Source: a bacterium (GTDB taxonomy: Bacteria > JAMOTN01). From it: 59,065 nt of DNA. The first letter of the stretch is position 1, and each line of letters begins with the position of its first letter. The notes under the pieces are model-generated. The model searched no databases. It saw only the letters and a program-made list of their open reading frames with translations, and was not told the origin of the DNA. A program made the position numbers and the translations under genes. Of this stretch, positions 44,343 through 53,615 are shown one piece after another. The stretch is from NCBI GenBank assembly GCA_027062325.1, contig JAMOTN010000003.1:1-59065 (forward strand). The letters are read 5' to 3'.

Positions 44343-44480
44343 ATGGCAAAAGTTTTGATCCCCACAGTAATATTCCTAATTCAGCTTACTCTAAGTTTCC
44401 TCTCAATAAAGCTTGCAATCAAAATCATATCGCACTACAGCAATTCCAAAAAATCAGCAGAACTTCACAGCAAAAATTAA
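44343..44480 (+). CDS. small hydrophobic peptide (45 aa), unannotated in the ORF track
   Basis: AAAGGAGGA SD 7 nt before ATG 44343. MAKVLIPTVIFLIQLTLSFLSIKLAIKIISHYSNSKKSAELHSKN is one TM helix plus a basic tail. TAA at 44478-44480. Confidence 0.4.
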   Translation: MAKVLIPTVIFLIQLTLSFLSIKLAIKIISHYSNSKKSAELHSKN

Positions 44481-44485
44481 TCAAA

Positions 44486-45670
44486 CTAAACCATATCTAT
44501 CAAATCCCCCACCTTTTTCACTACAAAGTCTGCCTCACCAAGACAAGAAGCAACTTTGAACCCCAAGCTATGAGCAAACTCTAAGCGTACCACCTCATCA
44601 GGAGAAGGCAATATCTCTCCTGCTGGGGTAACATTTCCCAAAAAAACCACCCGTTCCTTTAACCTATCTCCAACTAAAGCTGCTGCAAACAGAGAGAGTA
44701 ATCCCCCAGAATCTTGAAGGGTGTAAGGATGAGCAAAGAAGACTCCGCCCTTGACATTTTTGTAACGCTTAACAACCTTTAAAAAATAAGTTGCTAATCT
44801 TAAATCAACCATGTTGGTAACTACACCATAACCTGCCCTGACATCAACCTTCAACACGTTCAATTTTTCATCAACCGTATATATCCCTCTGCCAAAATCT
44901 ACACTTCCCTCAACCAATTTGCCCTCCTGCCATTCAAGAACCTTAGCCTCAAGCGGAGCAAATCTATTTTTCAAAGCCTTTACAACTACACGCCGATAAG
45001 TGTACCAACTCATTGATACCACTACATCCACTATGTGCTCTAGAAATTTTGGACCTGCACTTTGCCCAGCTTTTGTTATATGATCTGTAATAACTAACAC
45101 CTTATTCTCCTTCCGCACAAGAGCAACAAGAGAGTTTATTACATCCGCAAACTCCCTTGAGATACTCGGCTTCAAAAGAGCAGGAAGAGAATCAAGTACT
45201 ACAAAGTCATAATCTGAAATTAGTGAGAAAACCTCCTCCACATCACTTGCAAATACAAACTCAACTTCTCCATTAATCCTCTCAAGCTTTTGAGCTATTC
45301 TATCCTCGCTTTCTTCAGAAGATATAAAGAGTGTTTTTATCAAAGCTTGGTTTGAATATGTTGGAGTACGGGATACGCGCACCGCAATATCAAGAAGCAA
45401 AGTAGTCTTTCCAACGCCCGGCTCACCGTAGAATAGATACACCGCACCTTTTAAAAACCCTCCCAACAGCTCATCGATAGCAGCAAAGCCGGTCATTATC
45501 TTATCCTGAGTCTTTTTAGGCTTTAACCTTGTCGCTTTAAGACGCTTCTTTCTAGGAGCATCCGCCTCTTCTCTCACCTCTTCAAATGTATCCCATTCAC
45601 CACACTCCGGGCACTTTCCATACCACTTTATGCTGCGAAATCCACACTTATTGCACACGTAATAAGCCAT
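44486..45670 (-). CDS. radA: DNA repair protein RadA/Sms
   Basis: Zinc finger YVCNKCGFRSIKWYGKCPECGEW. Walker A GEPGVGKTTLLL. KNRFA (KNRFG motif). Lon-like C-terminal domain. Start is ATG 45670 or 45691. Confidence 0.8.
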   Translation of the reverse strand: MAYYVCNKCGFRSIKWYGKCPECGEWDTFEEVREEADAPRKKRLKATRLKPKKTQDKIMTGFAAIDELLGGFLKGAVYLFYGEPGVGKTTLLLDIAVRVSRTPTYSNQALIKTLFISSEESEDRIAQKLERINGEVEFVFASDVEEVFSLISDYDFVVLDSLPALLKPSISREFADVINSLVALVRKENKVLVITDHITKAGQSAGPKFLEHIVDVVVSMSWYTYRRVVVKALKNRFAPLEAKVLEWQEGKLVEGSVDFGRGIYTVDEKLNVLKVDVRAGYGVVTNMVDLRLATYFLKVVKRYKNVKGGVFFAHPYTLQDSGGLLSLFAAALVGDRLKERVVFLGNVTPAGEILPSPDEVVRLEFAHSLGFKVASCLGEADFVVKKVGDLIDMV

Positions 45671-46364
45671 AGTAATCCCGTGCCTCCTCAATTTCTTTCC
45701 AATAAAACTTTTTAAATTCTCGCCACGAAGTAAAATTAAAGGTGGAAGCTAGCTTCAATAACCTCCTAGCTTCAGCATTCTTTATCAACATAAACTTAAA
45801 ATCTGGAACGAGTGAGCTGACTTTTTCGATTTTGGCTGGTAAGCTCTCTTTCACAATCAAGACAAGAATTCTTCTCATCTGATAAGGCATCTCAACAACC
45901 ATTGGAAACATCTGAAATCCTACTAACTTTGCTCTAAGCATACCAAAGTACGCAGCAACCCACTGCGGTGTAACATCCGGACTTCCTATATCCACAATAG
46001 CAGCTTCAAAAGTAGCTGATAATTCACGATAAAGTCTAGCAGGCTCTAACAATTCAGAATCAACTGGATCAGCAGGACACACAACCAGCACCTTCAAAAG
46101 ATGGCCAGCGGCAGCTTTACCCTCTTCATACCACGGCGAATCCACAAACACTAGTTCATATCCCTTTCTATGGGCAAGCTTAGCAGCAAGATCCGCCAGT
46201 TTCTCCACCCAGTACAACTCAACATTTGAATCTGCAAGAGTACCCCATCTTTTGGTATCCACGACCACCGCTACCTCAACACTTGGCAAAAAGTACATTG
46301 CAAACGGTAGCAAAAATACAAATATGAACAACACAATCTGCCAAAATCTCCAAGCTTTTCCCAT
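45648..46364 (-). CDS. hypothetical N-terminally anchored protein (238 aa)
   Basis: TM helix FWQIVLFIFVFLLPFAMYFL. No recognisable motif. Confidence 0.5.
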   Translation of the reverse strand: MGKAWRFWQIVLFIFVFLLPFAMYFLPSVEVAVVVDTKRWGTLADSNVELYWVEKLADLAAKLAHRKGYELVFVDSPWYEEGKAAAGHLLKVLVVCPADPVDSELLEPARLYRELSATFEAAIVDIGSPDVTPQWVAAYFGMLRAKLVGFQMFPMVVEMPYQMRRILVLIVKESLPAKIEKVSSLVPDFKFMLIKNAEARRLLKLASTFNFTSWREFKKFYWKEIEEARDYYGLLRVQ

Positions 46365-46455
46365 TTTTTCAATCCTTATATCACCATCTTCAAAGCAAAT
46401 TAATTTAGATTCGCAAACTCAAGCCGCCAAACTAACGTTATTAGTTGAAGCATGA

Positions 46456-46995
46456 CTAACTCGCAGGATAAACCTCAACCTCTTCCTGAAGTAGAGGCCT
46501 TCCCTCTGCAACTTCGTAAACTCCCTCTTTCCAATCTTCCATAACTATCAGATACTCACCCTTTTCATCTTCCCATTCCCAGTACTCAACCATCTGCCTT
46601 CCCTGAGCTCCTTCTGGACCATAAATCGTAGCCTCAGCTATTCCATGCTCAACAAGACTGAATTTTTTTCCCTCAGCTTCAAACTTTTCTGGCAAAAGTT
46701 TCGTAGCAGGCTTTTGCTCCTCATACAGTGCAAGCTCCCATTCACCATCTTCAAAAGCAGCAGAAAACCAGTACTTTTTCTTATCCCCCGGCCTTACTAA
46801 GCGATAATCATACCATATCCAACCAGATTCGTAGTAAACTATACGAGCTGTAACTTGATAATCTACTCCTTCAATTTCGATCATATCCCCCACATTTATC
46901 TTGTCCCAAGGATACTTGGCATAAGAAGTTCCAGTCCCAGTTGTAGCATCAGAAGTGCTGTGCGAATCACCAAAAAATTTATCAACTATTCCCAT
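46456..46995 (-). CDS. DUF4178-like protein
   Basis: INVGDMIEIEGVDYQVTARIVYYESGWIWYDYRLV...YWFSAAFEDGEWELALYEE fits the DUF4178 pattern (beta-rich, W-x-EY/DY, WL-x-VE-x-D). By-eye assignment. Confidence 0.45.
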   Translation of the reverse strand: MGIVDKFFGDSHSTSDATTGTGTSYAKYPWDKINVGDMIEIEGVDYQVTARIVYYESGWIWYDYRLVRPGDKKKYWFSAAFEDGEWELALYEEQKPATKLLPEKFEAEGKKFSLVEHGIAEATIYGPEGAQGRQMVEYWEWEDEKGEYLIVMEDWKEGVYEVAEGRPLLQEEVEVYPAS

Positions 46996-47038
46996 ACCTC
47001 ATCCCCCCTACAACTATCTCACCCAGGGCATTTTAGGT

Positions 47039-47545
47039 TTAAATCTCAATCCACTCTGTCTCCTGAGTCTCCACATCCAACACCATAACACTGTTTTTAT
47101 CCTTCGCAATAGCACACGACGACGGATTCAACACTCTTATTCCATTTACTACCTCATCTCTTCTCTGGTGAGTATGTCCATGAACGAACATATCAGCTGC
47201 ATAAGCTTTGGCTATCTCAATTTTTTCCGGCTCATGAGCTGCAACGATAGTTTTATCTCCAACTTTTAATACTAAAAACGGAGCAAGTTTAACTTCTAAA
47301 ACAGACTCATCAACATCTGAGTCGCAATTTCCTTTAACCAGTAAAAGCCTGCCTCTCCTCATCTTCTCCTTGATGAATTCTGCCAACTCCATCGGAGCAT
47401 AAGTGTCCAAAATTGGATTACGCGGCCCGTGATTTAGAATATCCCCAAGATGAACTACAAAGTCCACCTGCTCTATTAATTTTTCAAACCCCCTCTTAAA
47501 TTGTTCGTAATTCCCGTGCGAATCAGATATAAAACCCACTTTCAT
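47039..47545 (-). CDS. YfcE/MJ0936-type metallophosphoesterase
   Basis: ISDSHGN, HLGDI, GNCD, HGHTH. 168 aa. Confidence 0.85.
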   Translation of the reverse strand: MKVGFISDSHGNYEQFKRGFEKLIEQVDFVVHLGDILNHGPRNPILDTYAPMELAEFIKEKMRRGRLLLVKGNCDSDVDESVLEVKLAPFLVLKVGDKTIVAAHEPEKIEIAKAYAADMFVHGHTHQRRDEVVNGIRVLNPSSCAIAKDKNSVMVLDVETQETEWIEI

Positions 47546-47657
47546 ATTTCAACACCTCTTTAAAATTACTTGTTTTAATTTTAATCTCCCTCACCTTTAA
47601 TTTTACTACTCCTCACTCATATTCCGTAAAACAACACCAAAATTTGCTTTTTTAGAA

Positions 47658-47686
47658 TTGATACCAGTAGCTCCATCAGGTAAAAT
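47658..47686 (+). promoter_or_regulatory. sigma70-like promoter TTGATA-17-TAAAAT for the DUF1858-ferredoxin-waaA-rtcB string
   Basis: TTGATA at 47658-47663 and TAAAAT at 47681-47686, about 29 nt before the ATG at 47715. Confidence 0.5.
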
Positions 47687-47714
47687 TAACGTTAGAGTAA
47701 AGGGAGGGATTTGT

Positions 47715-47915
47715 ATGAGCACTGAAATAGAGATAAGACCAGATATGACAATTCGCGAAGTACTCGAGGCAAAGCCACAAGCTGCCCGTGTTCTTCTATC
47801 AATGGGTATGCACTGCCTAGGCTGTGCCATAGCAAACTCTGAAACTTTGGAAGAAGCAGCAATGGTACATGGTGTCGATATAAACAAGTTAATTGAAGAT
47901 ATAAAAAATTGTTGA
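47715..47915 (+). CDS. DUF1858 (hybrid-cluster-protein-associated redox disulfide) domain protein
   Basis: Start moved to ATG 47715 (AAGGGAGGG SD). MTIREVLEAKPQAARVLLSMGMHCLGCAIANSETLEEAAMVHGVDINKLIEDI matches the family CxGC signature. Confidence 0.75.
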   Translation: MSTEIEIRPDMTIREVLEAKPQAARVLLSMGMHCLGCAIANSETLEEAAMVHGVDINKLIEDIKNC

Positions 47916-47969
47916 TACTCTTTTCAGTGAGTAATAATCCCCATAACTTCAGTAAAGGAGGCGGTAGAT

Positions 47970-48149
47970 ATGGCAATCAAGATTGACAAGGATTGTTGCG
48001 TAGGATGTGCGGCATGCGTAGATGCATGTCCAGTAGGAGTAATCGAAATGGTAGATGGTAAAGCAGATCCTGTGAGAAATGACGACTGCACCAGCTGTGG
48101 TGTATGCGTTGAAACATGCCCAGTAAACTGCATCGAGTTGGCAGACTAA
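47970..48149 (+). CDS. 2x[4Fe-4S] ferredoxin (59 aa), absent from the ORF track
   Basis: AAAGGAGG SD. MAIKIDKDCCVGCAACVDACPVGVIEMVDGKADPVRNDDCTSCGVCVETCPVNCIELAD carries two CxxCxxCxxxCP motifs. Confidence 0.85.
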   Translation: MAIKIDKDCCVGCAACVDACPVGVIEMVDGKADPVRNDDCTSCGVCVETCPVNCIELAD

Positions 48150-48174
48150 CGATTCAGGTAGGCTTGAAGAAGCT

Positions 48175-49521
48175 ATGTCAGAGGACCTAGGTAAGCCTAT
48201 AATATCATCACATTCTAGTTTTATATGGAAGCTTTACGGGGGAGTTGCTAGAGTGGCAGAGATAGCAGCTCCCCTTTTTCGTTTATTCGGCAAAGAGTTA
48301 ATTTATCCTCTTCCCGATATACAACAGGGTAAAATTGACATTCTCTTTCACGCAGTCTCAGTTGGAGAAGTTAAGCTGATTTCTCCACTTGTGGAAGAAT
48401 TATCCAAAACCTTCAAATGTGCAATTCAGATTGGCACAGACACAGGTCTTGAATTTGCAAAAAAACTCTTTCCAAAACTTCCCGTTTGGAGATACAAATT
48501 GGATCTTCCCTCTTCCCTAAAGCGAATCAAAATAATTAATCCCAAACTCATAGTGGCAGCTGAATCGGAAATTTGGCCTCTCTTGATGCTTGAAGCTGAA
48601 AAGCTCAAAATTCCATACGTTCTTGTATCCGCACGCATAACAGAACGGGCATTATGTAGATGGCGTGTAGCAACAATTTTCAAAGCTGTACGTCAAATCT
48701 TCTCGATCCCCACAATACTAGCCAAAGACCTAGAAGACGCATATTCATTTAGGGAGTTAGGAGCGAATAAGATAGCCGTCGTTGGAAATCTCAAATTCAG
48801 CTTTGTTAAGAATAAAACGAGGAGCCAATCGGATAGAAACTTTAAGCCCAATCTTCCTGTAATATCAATAATCAGCACGCATGATTCCGAAGAAAAATTG
48901 ATAGTGAAATCAATTTTAGAAGTTGCACCTTCTCCTCTTCCAAAACTTATAATAATACCTCGCCATCCAGAGCGAGCTAGAGCTGTTCAAGGAGAACTTC
49001 AAAAGCTTGGTCTCAATATTCCTCTTCTCTCCAGACTAGAAGACGCCGAATTAAAGGAAGCTCACACATTAGTTAACTTTGTAAAACGTAACAACGCCAT
49101 CATAGTTGATAAAATCGGACTTGTAAAAGAAGCTTTACAACTCTCAGACCTTGCACTTGTGGGAGGCTCATTCACTCCAATAGGAGGCCACAACTTCTTA
49201 GAACCACTTGAATTCGCTGTGCCCACAATAACTGGACCATTTCTTTCGAACTTTAAAGATGTTTTACAAGAGGTGCAATTTCTAACATCCAAACTCTCCT
49301 TGAAGCCAAAACCTCTAATAGTAACTGACGAAGCCGAGTTGGGTAATACTATAAAATTCGTTATGGCAACCCTTTCTTCTTTCAAAAAAAGTGCACTGAA
49401 ACTCTCACAAAACTTATACATGATTGACAAAACCTCAACCTATATAGCAATACTGCGAAAACTATTATCACAAATTTCTCCTCAAGCAGAATCACTCTAC
49501 AAGAGAGGGGAAGTAAATTGA
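48175..49521 (+). CDS. waaA: 3-deoxy-D-manno-octulosonic acid (Kdo) transferase
   Basis: FHAVSVGEVKLISPLVEEL matches the WaaA HAVSVGE motif. PRHPERA. VGGSFTPIGGHNFLEP. Confidence 0.8.
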   Translation: MSEDLGKPIISSHSSFIWKLYGGVARVAEIAAPLFRLFGKELIYPLPDIQQGKIDILFHAVSVGEVKLISPLVEELSKTFKCAIQIGTDTGLEFAKKLFPKLPVWRYKLDLPSSLKRIKIINPKLIVAAESEIWPLLMLEAEKLKIPYVLVSARITERALCRWRVATIFKAVRQIFSIPTILAKDLEDAYSFRELGANKIAVVGNLKFSFVKNKTRSQSDRNFKPNLPVISIISTHDSEEKLIVKSILEVAPSPLPKLIIIPRHPERARAVQGELQKLGLNIPLLSRLEDAELKEAHTLVNFVKRNNAIIVDKIGLVKEALQLSDLALVGGSFTPIGGHNFLEPLEFAVPTITGPFLSNFKDVLQEVQFLTSKLSLKPKPLIVTDEAELGNTIKFVMATLSSFKKSALKLSQNLYMIDKTSTYIAILRKLLSQISPQAESLYKRGEVN

Positions 49522-50939
49522 CAAGCCTCCTTGAAAAAATACACGATTACATTTTTCGTGTAAAAAGAACCTCCTCAATGAAAGTTGACGCTTATGTAGT
49601 AAAGCATCCTACCATGTCGATTGAACTAGACGCACTGAAGCAACTTATAGATACCGCATCCCTACCGCACATTTTCAAACACATTGTTTCAACTCCCGAC
49701 ATTCACAAAGGCTTTGGATGTCCTATAGGCACAGTAATTGCGTCGAAACAAATAGTTGTTCCCGCAGCTGTCGGATACGATATAAACTGTGGTGTCAGGC
49801 TGATGCTTCTCCCACTCCCCATAAAAGAAGTTGAAAAACGCTCTGAAACCTTACTAAGCCGTATCTGGCGTGAAATTCCTGCGGGAGAAGGCGAGGAAAA
49901 CATACAAGTTGATGAGTTCACCTTAAAAGAAGTGTGCGAGAAAGGGTTACGCTTTTCCTCTTACTCATCTACCAGCTGGTTTAAAAAATACACCTCTTTT
50001 ATTGAGCCAGAAGAATTGGATTGGCGTGTGGATGCTGACGAAAGCTCAAGCACCCTTTCTGCTGCAGACTTCAAACGTGTCTCATATCGTGCAATTGAAC
50101 GTGGTAGCTCGCAACTTGCAACACTCGGAGGAGGTAATCACTTCATAGAAATCGGCTACATCAAAGAAGTTTTCAACATTTCAGGCGATTTGAAGCGCTG
50201 GGCAAGTGAGTTTTTCACACCTGAGAAAGAACTGACTTACATCATGATTCACTCTGGTTCGCGTGGCTTTGGTCATCAAATAGGCGATGACTATATGAAG
50301 CCTGCGAAGAGTATGCGCAAACGAGAAGGTATTTTACCCAACCAAGGACTAGGATTCTTTTACAAAAGCGAAGATTGGTATGAAGCATACCTGGGAGCGA
50401 TGGCGTGTGCTGCAAATTTTGCTTATGTCAACAGAGCTTTGATGGGGGCTATAATTCGAAAGATCTTTGTAGAAACTTTAGGCGTAGAGCCAATTTTAGT
50501 TCGCGATATCTCACACAACATAGCCCGCTTTGAAAAATTTGGAAAGCAAACAGTTCTTGTTCACAGAAAAGGCGCTGTATCTGCTCGCAAAGGAAAAATA
50601 GTGCTACTTCCCGGTTCTATGGGAACAAATAGCTTTGTTTTGCTTGGAGAAGAAGAAAAACATGCTTCCTTAACCTTCTTCTCCTCTGCCCACGGAGCAG
50701 GGCGCGTTATGGGAAGACGAGAAGCAGCTGGGAAAAGAGGACGCCCTGGAAAAGTATCATGGGAAGAGTTTGAAAAGAGTATGGAAGGCATCAAGTGGAA
50801 GACAAAAAGCAAGCGCAGCGCACTTGAAGAAGCCCCCATGTGCTACAAAGATGTGAACTTAGTCGTAGAGACAACGGAGAAAGCAGGGATAGCTTCTCGC
50901 GCACTCGAACTCAAGCCCAAACTGGTCATAAAGGGGTGA
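49518..50939 (+). CDS. rtcB: RNA 3'-phosphate ligase RtcB
   Basis: TTG start overlapping the waaA stop (TTGA). VGYDINCGVR, GGGNHFIE, HSGSRGFGHQIG, SSAHGAGR. Confidence 0.9.
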   Translation: MTSLLEKIHDYIFRVKRTSSMKVDAYVVKHPTMSIELDALKQLIDTASLPHIFKHIVSTPDIHKGFGCPIGTVIASKQIVVPAAVGYDINCGVRLMLLPLPIKEVEKRSETLLSRIWREIPAGEGEENIQVDEFTLKEVCEKGLRFSSYSSTSWFKKYTSFIEPEELDWRVDADESSSTLSAADFKRVSYRAIERGSSQLATLGGGNHFIEIGYIKEVFNISGDLKRWASEFFTPEKELTYIMIHSGSRGFGHQIGDDYMKPAKSMRKREGILPNQGLGFFYKSEDWYEAYLGAMACAANFAYVNRALMGAIIRKIFVETLGVEPILVRDISHNIARFEKFGKQTVLVHRKGAVSARKGKIVLLPGSMGTNSFVLLGEEEKHASLTFFSSAHGAGRVMGRREAAGKRGRPGKVSWEEFEKSMEGIKWKTKSKRSALEEAPMCYKDVNLVVETTEKAGIASRALELKPKLVIKG

Positions 50940-50944
50940 ACAAG

Positions 50945-51649
50945 TTGATAGGTTTAGATCGACACAAGAAATTTTGGAAAACGTGGCAAGCGTTGAAAGA
51001 GGCTCGCAAGTACAAAAAAGAGATGAAAAAGTATCAAACTGAGCTTGCCTCTTTGCAAGAGAGAATAAAAAATTTAGAAAACACAGTTGAGAAGAAACGC
51101 GCATCATTAAAAGAAGCTGAGCTAAAGCAGATGAACATTGAAGACAAAATAAAGCAGCTTGATGAAGAGAAAGAAAAGCTCTCCAGCCTTACAAAGGCCA
51201 ATTGGCAAGAGATTGAGGAGAAGATAGTCCACATAGACAACGAGATCGCTTCACTTGAAGAAGAAGGAATTGAACTACTTCAGGACATAGAAACTTTACG
51301 AGCTGAACTTGCTTCACTCACTCAAAACCTAGAGGAAGCTATGAAAGTTTTTGAAGAAAAGAAACCCATACTACAAGAAAAAATTTCTGAAGTCGGAGAA
51401 AACTACAGGGAAGCACTTGAAAAATACAAAGTTTATTTAAAAGAGTTAGACGACATAGCACGTGAAAAATGGGAAAGGCACAAAAAACTAAAGGTAGTGG
51501 TTGCAAAGTTGCTCGATGGACGCTGTTCAAACTGTTCAACAGAGCTCTTTAAATCGGATCTTGATAAGCTCTCCGATCCTGACTCAATAGTGATATGTTC
51601 AAAGTGCAAGGCACTTCTTGTAAACCCAAAATTTTGCGATCAGGATTAA
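50945..51649 (+). CDS. coiled-coil protein with C-terminal C4 zinc ribbon (COG1579-like)
   Basis: Start set to TTG 50945 (AAGGGG SD, just after the rtcB stop). Long heptad region, then CSNCSTEL...ICSKCKALL. Confidence 0.55.
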   Translation: MIGLDRHKKFWKTWQALKEARKYKKEMKKYQTELASLQERIKNLENTVEKKRASLKEAELKQMNIEDKIKQLDEEKEKLSSLTKANWQEIEEKIVHIDNEIASLEEEGIELLQDIETLRAELASLTQNLEEAMKVFEEKKPILQEKISEVGENYREALEKYKVYLKELDDIAREKWERHKKLKVVVAKLLDGRCSNCSTELFKSDLDKLSDPDSIVICSKCKALLVNPKFCDQD

Positions 51650-51750
51650 TGAGTAAACCTGATCTGAATTTTCTAGTAATATGCTAGCTTTTGTTAAAAT
51701 AGCACTTAGAGGTGTAGTGGTCAGAGACAACTTTAAAGGAGGGGTAAGCC

Positions 51751-52665
51751 GTGAAGAGTTTTTCTGAAATTTTGCAAAAGCTTCAAGACATTACTGAAAA
51801 GGAGATTCTGGCAGTCGCAGGTGCTGCCGATGAAGAAGTTTTAAAGGCGGTAAAAAAAGCAAGTGACGAAGGAATTGCAGAGGCAATTCTGGTAGGAGAT
51901 GAGGAGAAGATCAAAGAAATTGCACCATCAATTGGAATGGAGCTATCTAAGTTTGAGATAGTCAATGAACCAGATCCTCGCCAAGCATGTAAAAAAGCTG
52001 TCGAACTTGTGAGAGAAGGTAAAGCCAATATGCTCATGAAGGGATTGGTGCAGACAGCCGACTATCTGCGGGCAATTCTCGACAAGGAAAAAGGATTGAG
52101 AACAAATTCTCTAATGTCTCACATAGCTTTTTTTGAGTTGGAGCACTATCCAAAGCTTCTGGGAGTCACAGATGCAGCAATGAATATCGCGCCAACTCTT
52201 GAAGAAAAAGTTAAAATCGTTCAAAATGCAATAAATGCAGCGCGTGCAATTGGGATTGAAGAGCCAAAAGTGGCACTCCTTGCAGCAGTAGAAACGGTAA
52301 ATCCTAAGATGCCAGCAACTCTTGATGCTGCAGCAATTGCAAAGATGGCAGCACGCAATCAAATCAAAGGCGGAATAGTTGATGGACCTCTTGCACTTGA
52401 TAATGCAGTAAGTGAAGAGGCAGCAAAACATAAAAAAATAGAAAGTCCGGTTGCAGGTAAGGCTGACATTCTCGTAACTCCAGATATAGAAGCAGGAAAT
52501 GTCCTTTACAAAGCTTTAGGCTTTCTTGCAAAGGGTAAAGTCGGAGCTGTTCTTGTGGGTGCGAAAGTTCCGGTTGTGTTGACTTCCCGTGCAGATTCAG
52601 ATGAAGCAAAACACTTGTCAATTGCTCTTGCAGCAGTCATGTCAAAGGGGATGCAAAATCTCTAA
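51751..52665 (+). CDS. ptb: phosphate butyryl/acyltransferase (PTA_PTB family)
   Basis: GTG after AAAGGAGGGG. LMKGLVQTADYLRAIL, LSHIAFFE, VETVNPKMPAT, DGPLALDNAVS, TPDIEAGNVLYK. Confidence 0.85.
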   Translation: MKSFSEILQKLQDITEKEILAVAGAADEEVLKAVKKASDEGIAEAILVGDEEKIKEIAPSIGMELSKFEIVNEPDPRQACKKAVELVREGKANMLMKGLVQTADYLRAILDKEKGLRTNSLMSHIAFFELEHYPKLLGVTDAAMNIAPTLEEKVKIVQNAINAARAIGIEEPKVALLAAVETVNPKMPATLDAAAIAKMAARNQIKGGIVDGPLALDNAVSEEAAKHKKIESPVAGKADILVTPDIEAGNVLYKALGFLAKGKVGAVLVGAKVPVVLTSRADSDEAKHLSIALAAVMSKGMQNL

Positions 52666-52693
52666 GCTTCTAAATTAGTGAGAGGTGGATATC

Positions 52694-53557
52694 ATGTTTT
52701 TCTGGAAAGATCTGGAGGAGAAAGCACGCGGTAAAAAATTCATCGTATCTGTGGCTGCTATTAACTCTTCTTCTTTTGAAGCACTAAAAAATGCAAAAGA
52801 TAAAGGAATTGTTGAAAAAGTTATAGCAACAGCAATTGGAGAAGTAGATTTTGAAGTACCAAGCTGGATAGAGATAATAAAAGTTGAAGATGAAAAACAG
52901 GCCGCCAAGATAGCTGTATCTAAAGTACGCAACAAGGAAGCCGGCGCAATAATGAAAGGTAAGGTACAAACTTCGACTTTTATGAAGGCAATACTTGATA
53001 AGGAAGAGGGACTACGCACAGGACGTCTTCTCTCTCACATTTTGGCAGTTGAGCATACAGAAAAGGGAATCATGTTCATAACAGACGGTGGAATCAACAT
53101 CGAGCCAACCCTAGAAGAGAAAGCTCAAATAATTGAAAACGCTGTTGAATCATGGCTCAAGATAGAGGATAATATGCCGAAAGTTGCTGTTGTAGCAGCA
53201 GTTGAAACTGTTAATCCAAAAATGAATGCCACTCTTGAAGCAGCAAGTCTCACCCAAATGGCAATTCGTCGTCAGATAAAGGCAATAGTTGATGGTCCCC
53301 TTGCACTCGATAACGCAGTAAGTAAAGAGGCAGCTCTTCATAAAAAGATCACAAGTTTTGTAGCGGGGGAAGCCAATATCATAATTGTTCCAGACATAGA
53401 AGCAGGAAATATACTTGGAAAAGCGTGCATATACCTTGCTGGAATGAAGGCAGGCGGTATAGTTGCCGGAGCATCAGCTCCTATTATAATGCTTTCTAGA
53501 GCAGACACAGAAGTTGAGAAGTACAACTCAATAGTTTTAGCCGCAGCTATTTCATAA
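52694..53557 (+). CDS. second phosphate butyryl/acyltransferase paralogue
   Basis: ATG 52694 (GAGAGGTGG SD). IMKGKVQTSTFMKAIL, LSHILAVE, VETVNPKMNAT, DGPLALDNAVS, VPDIEAGNILGK. Clear paralogue of the upstream gene. Confidence 0.8.
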   Translation: MFFWKDLEEKARGKKFIVSVAAINSSSFEALKNAKDKGIVEKVIATAIGEVDFEVPSWIEIIKVEDEKQAAKIAVSKVRNKEAGAIMKGKVQTSTFMKAILDKEEGLRTGRLLSHILAVEHTEKGIMFITDGGINIEPTLEEKAQIIENAVESWLKIEDNMPKVAVVAAVETVNPKMNATLEAASLTQMAIRRQIKAIVDGPLALDNAVSKEAALHKKITSFVAGEANIIIVPDIEAGNILGKACIYLAGMKAGGIVAGASAPIIMLSRADTEVEKYNSIVLAAAIS

Positions 53558-53615
53558 ACTGAACATCAAATCATTCAAATTATTCTGATTAAATATACTA
53601 GGGCCCGGAGGTTTC

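Noticed and set aside
44303-44584. 93-aa plus-strand ORF overlapping the 3' end of radA
   Set aside because: It has no SD and odd composition, and it overlaps radA antisense. The 45-aa ORF in another frame, which has a consensus SD, explains the region better.
47606-48133. Three minus-strand ORFs of 69-94 aa
   Set aside because: They are antisense to the DUF1858 and ferredoxin genes, both of which have diagnostic Cys motifs and strong SDs.
50840-50944. Upstream extension of the zinc-ribbon coiled-coil ORF into rtcB
   Set aside because: It overlaps the rtcB C-terminus by 100 nt. A TTG with an SD lies directly after the rtcB stop.
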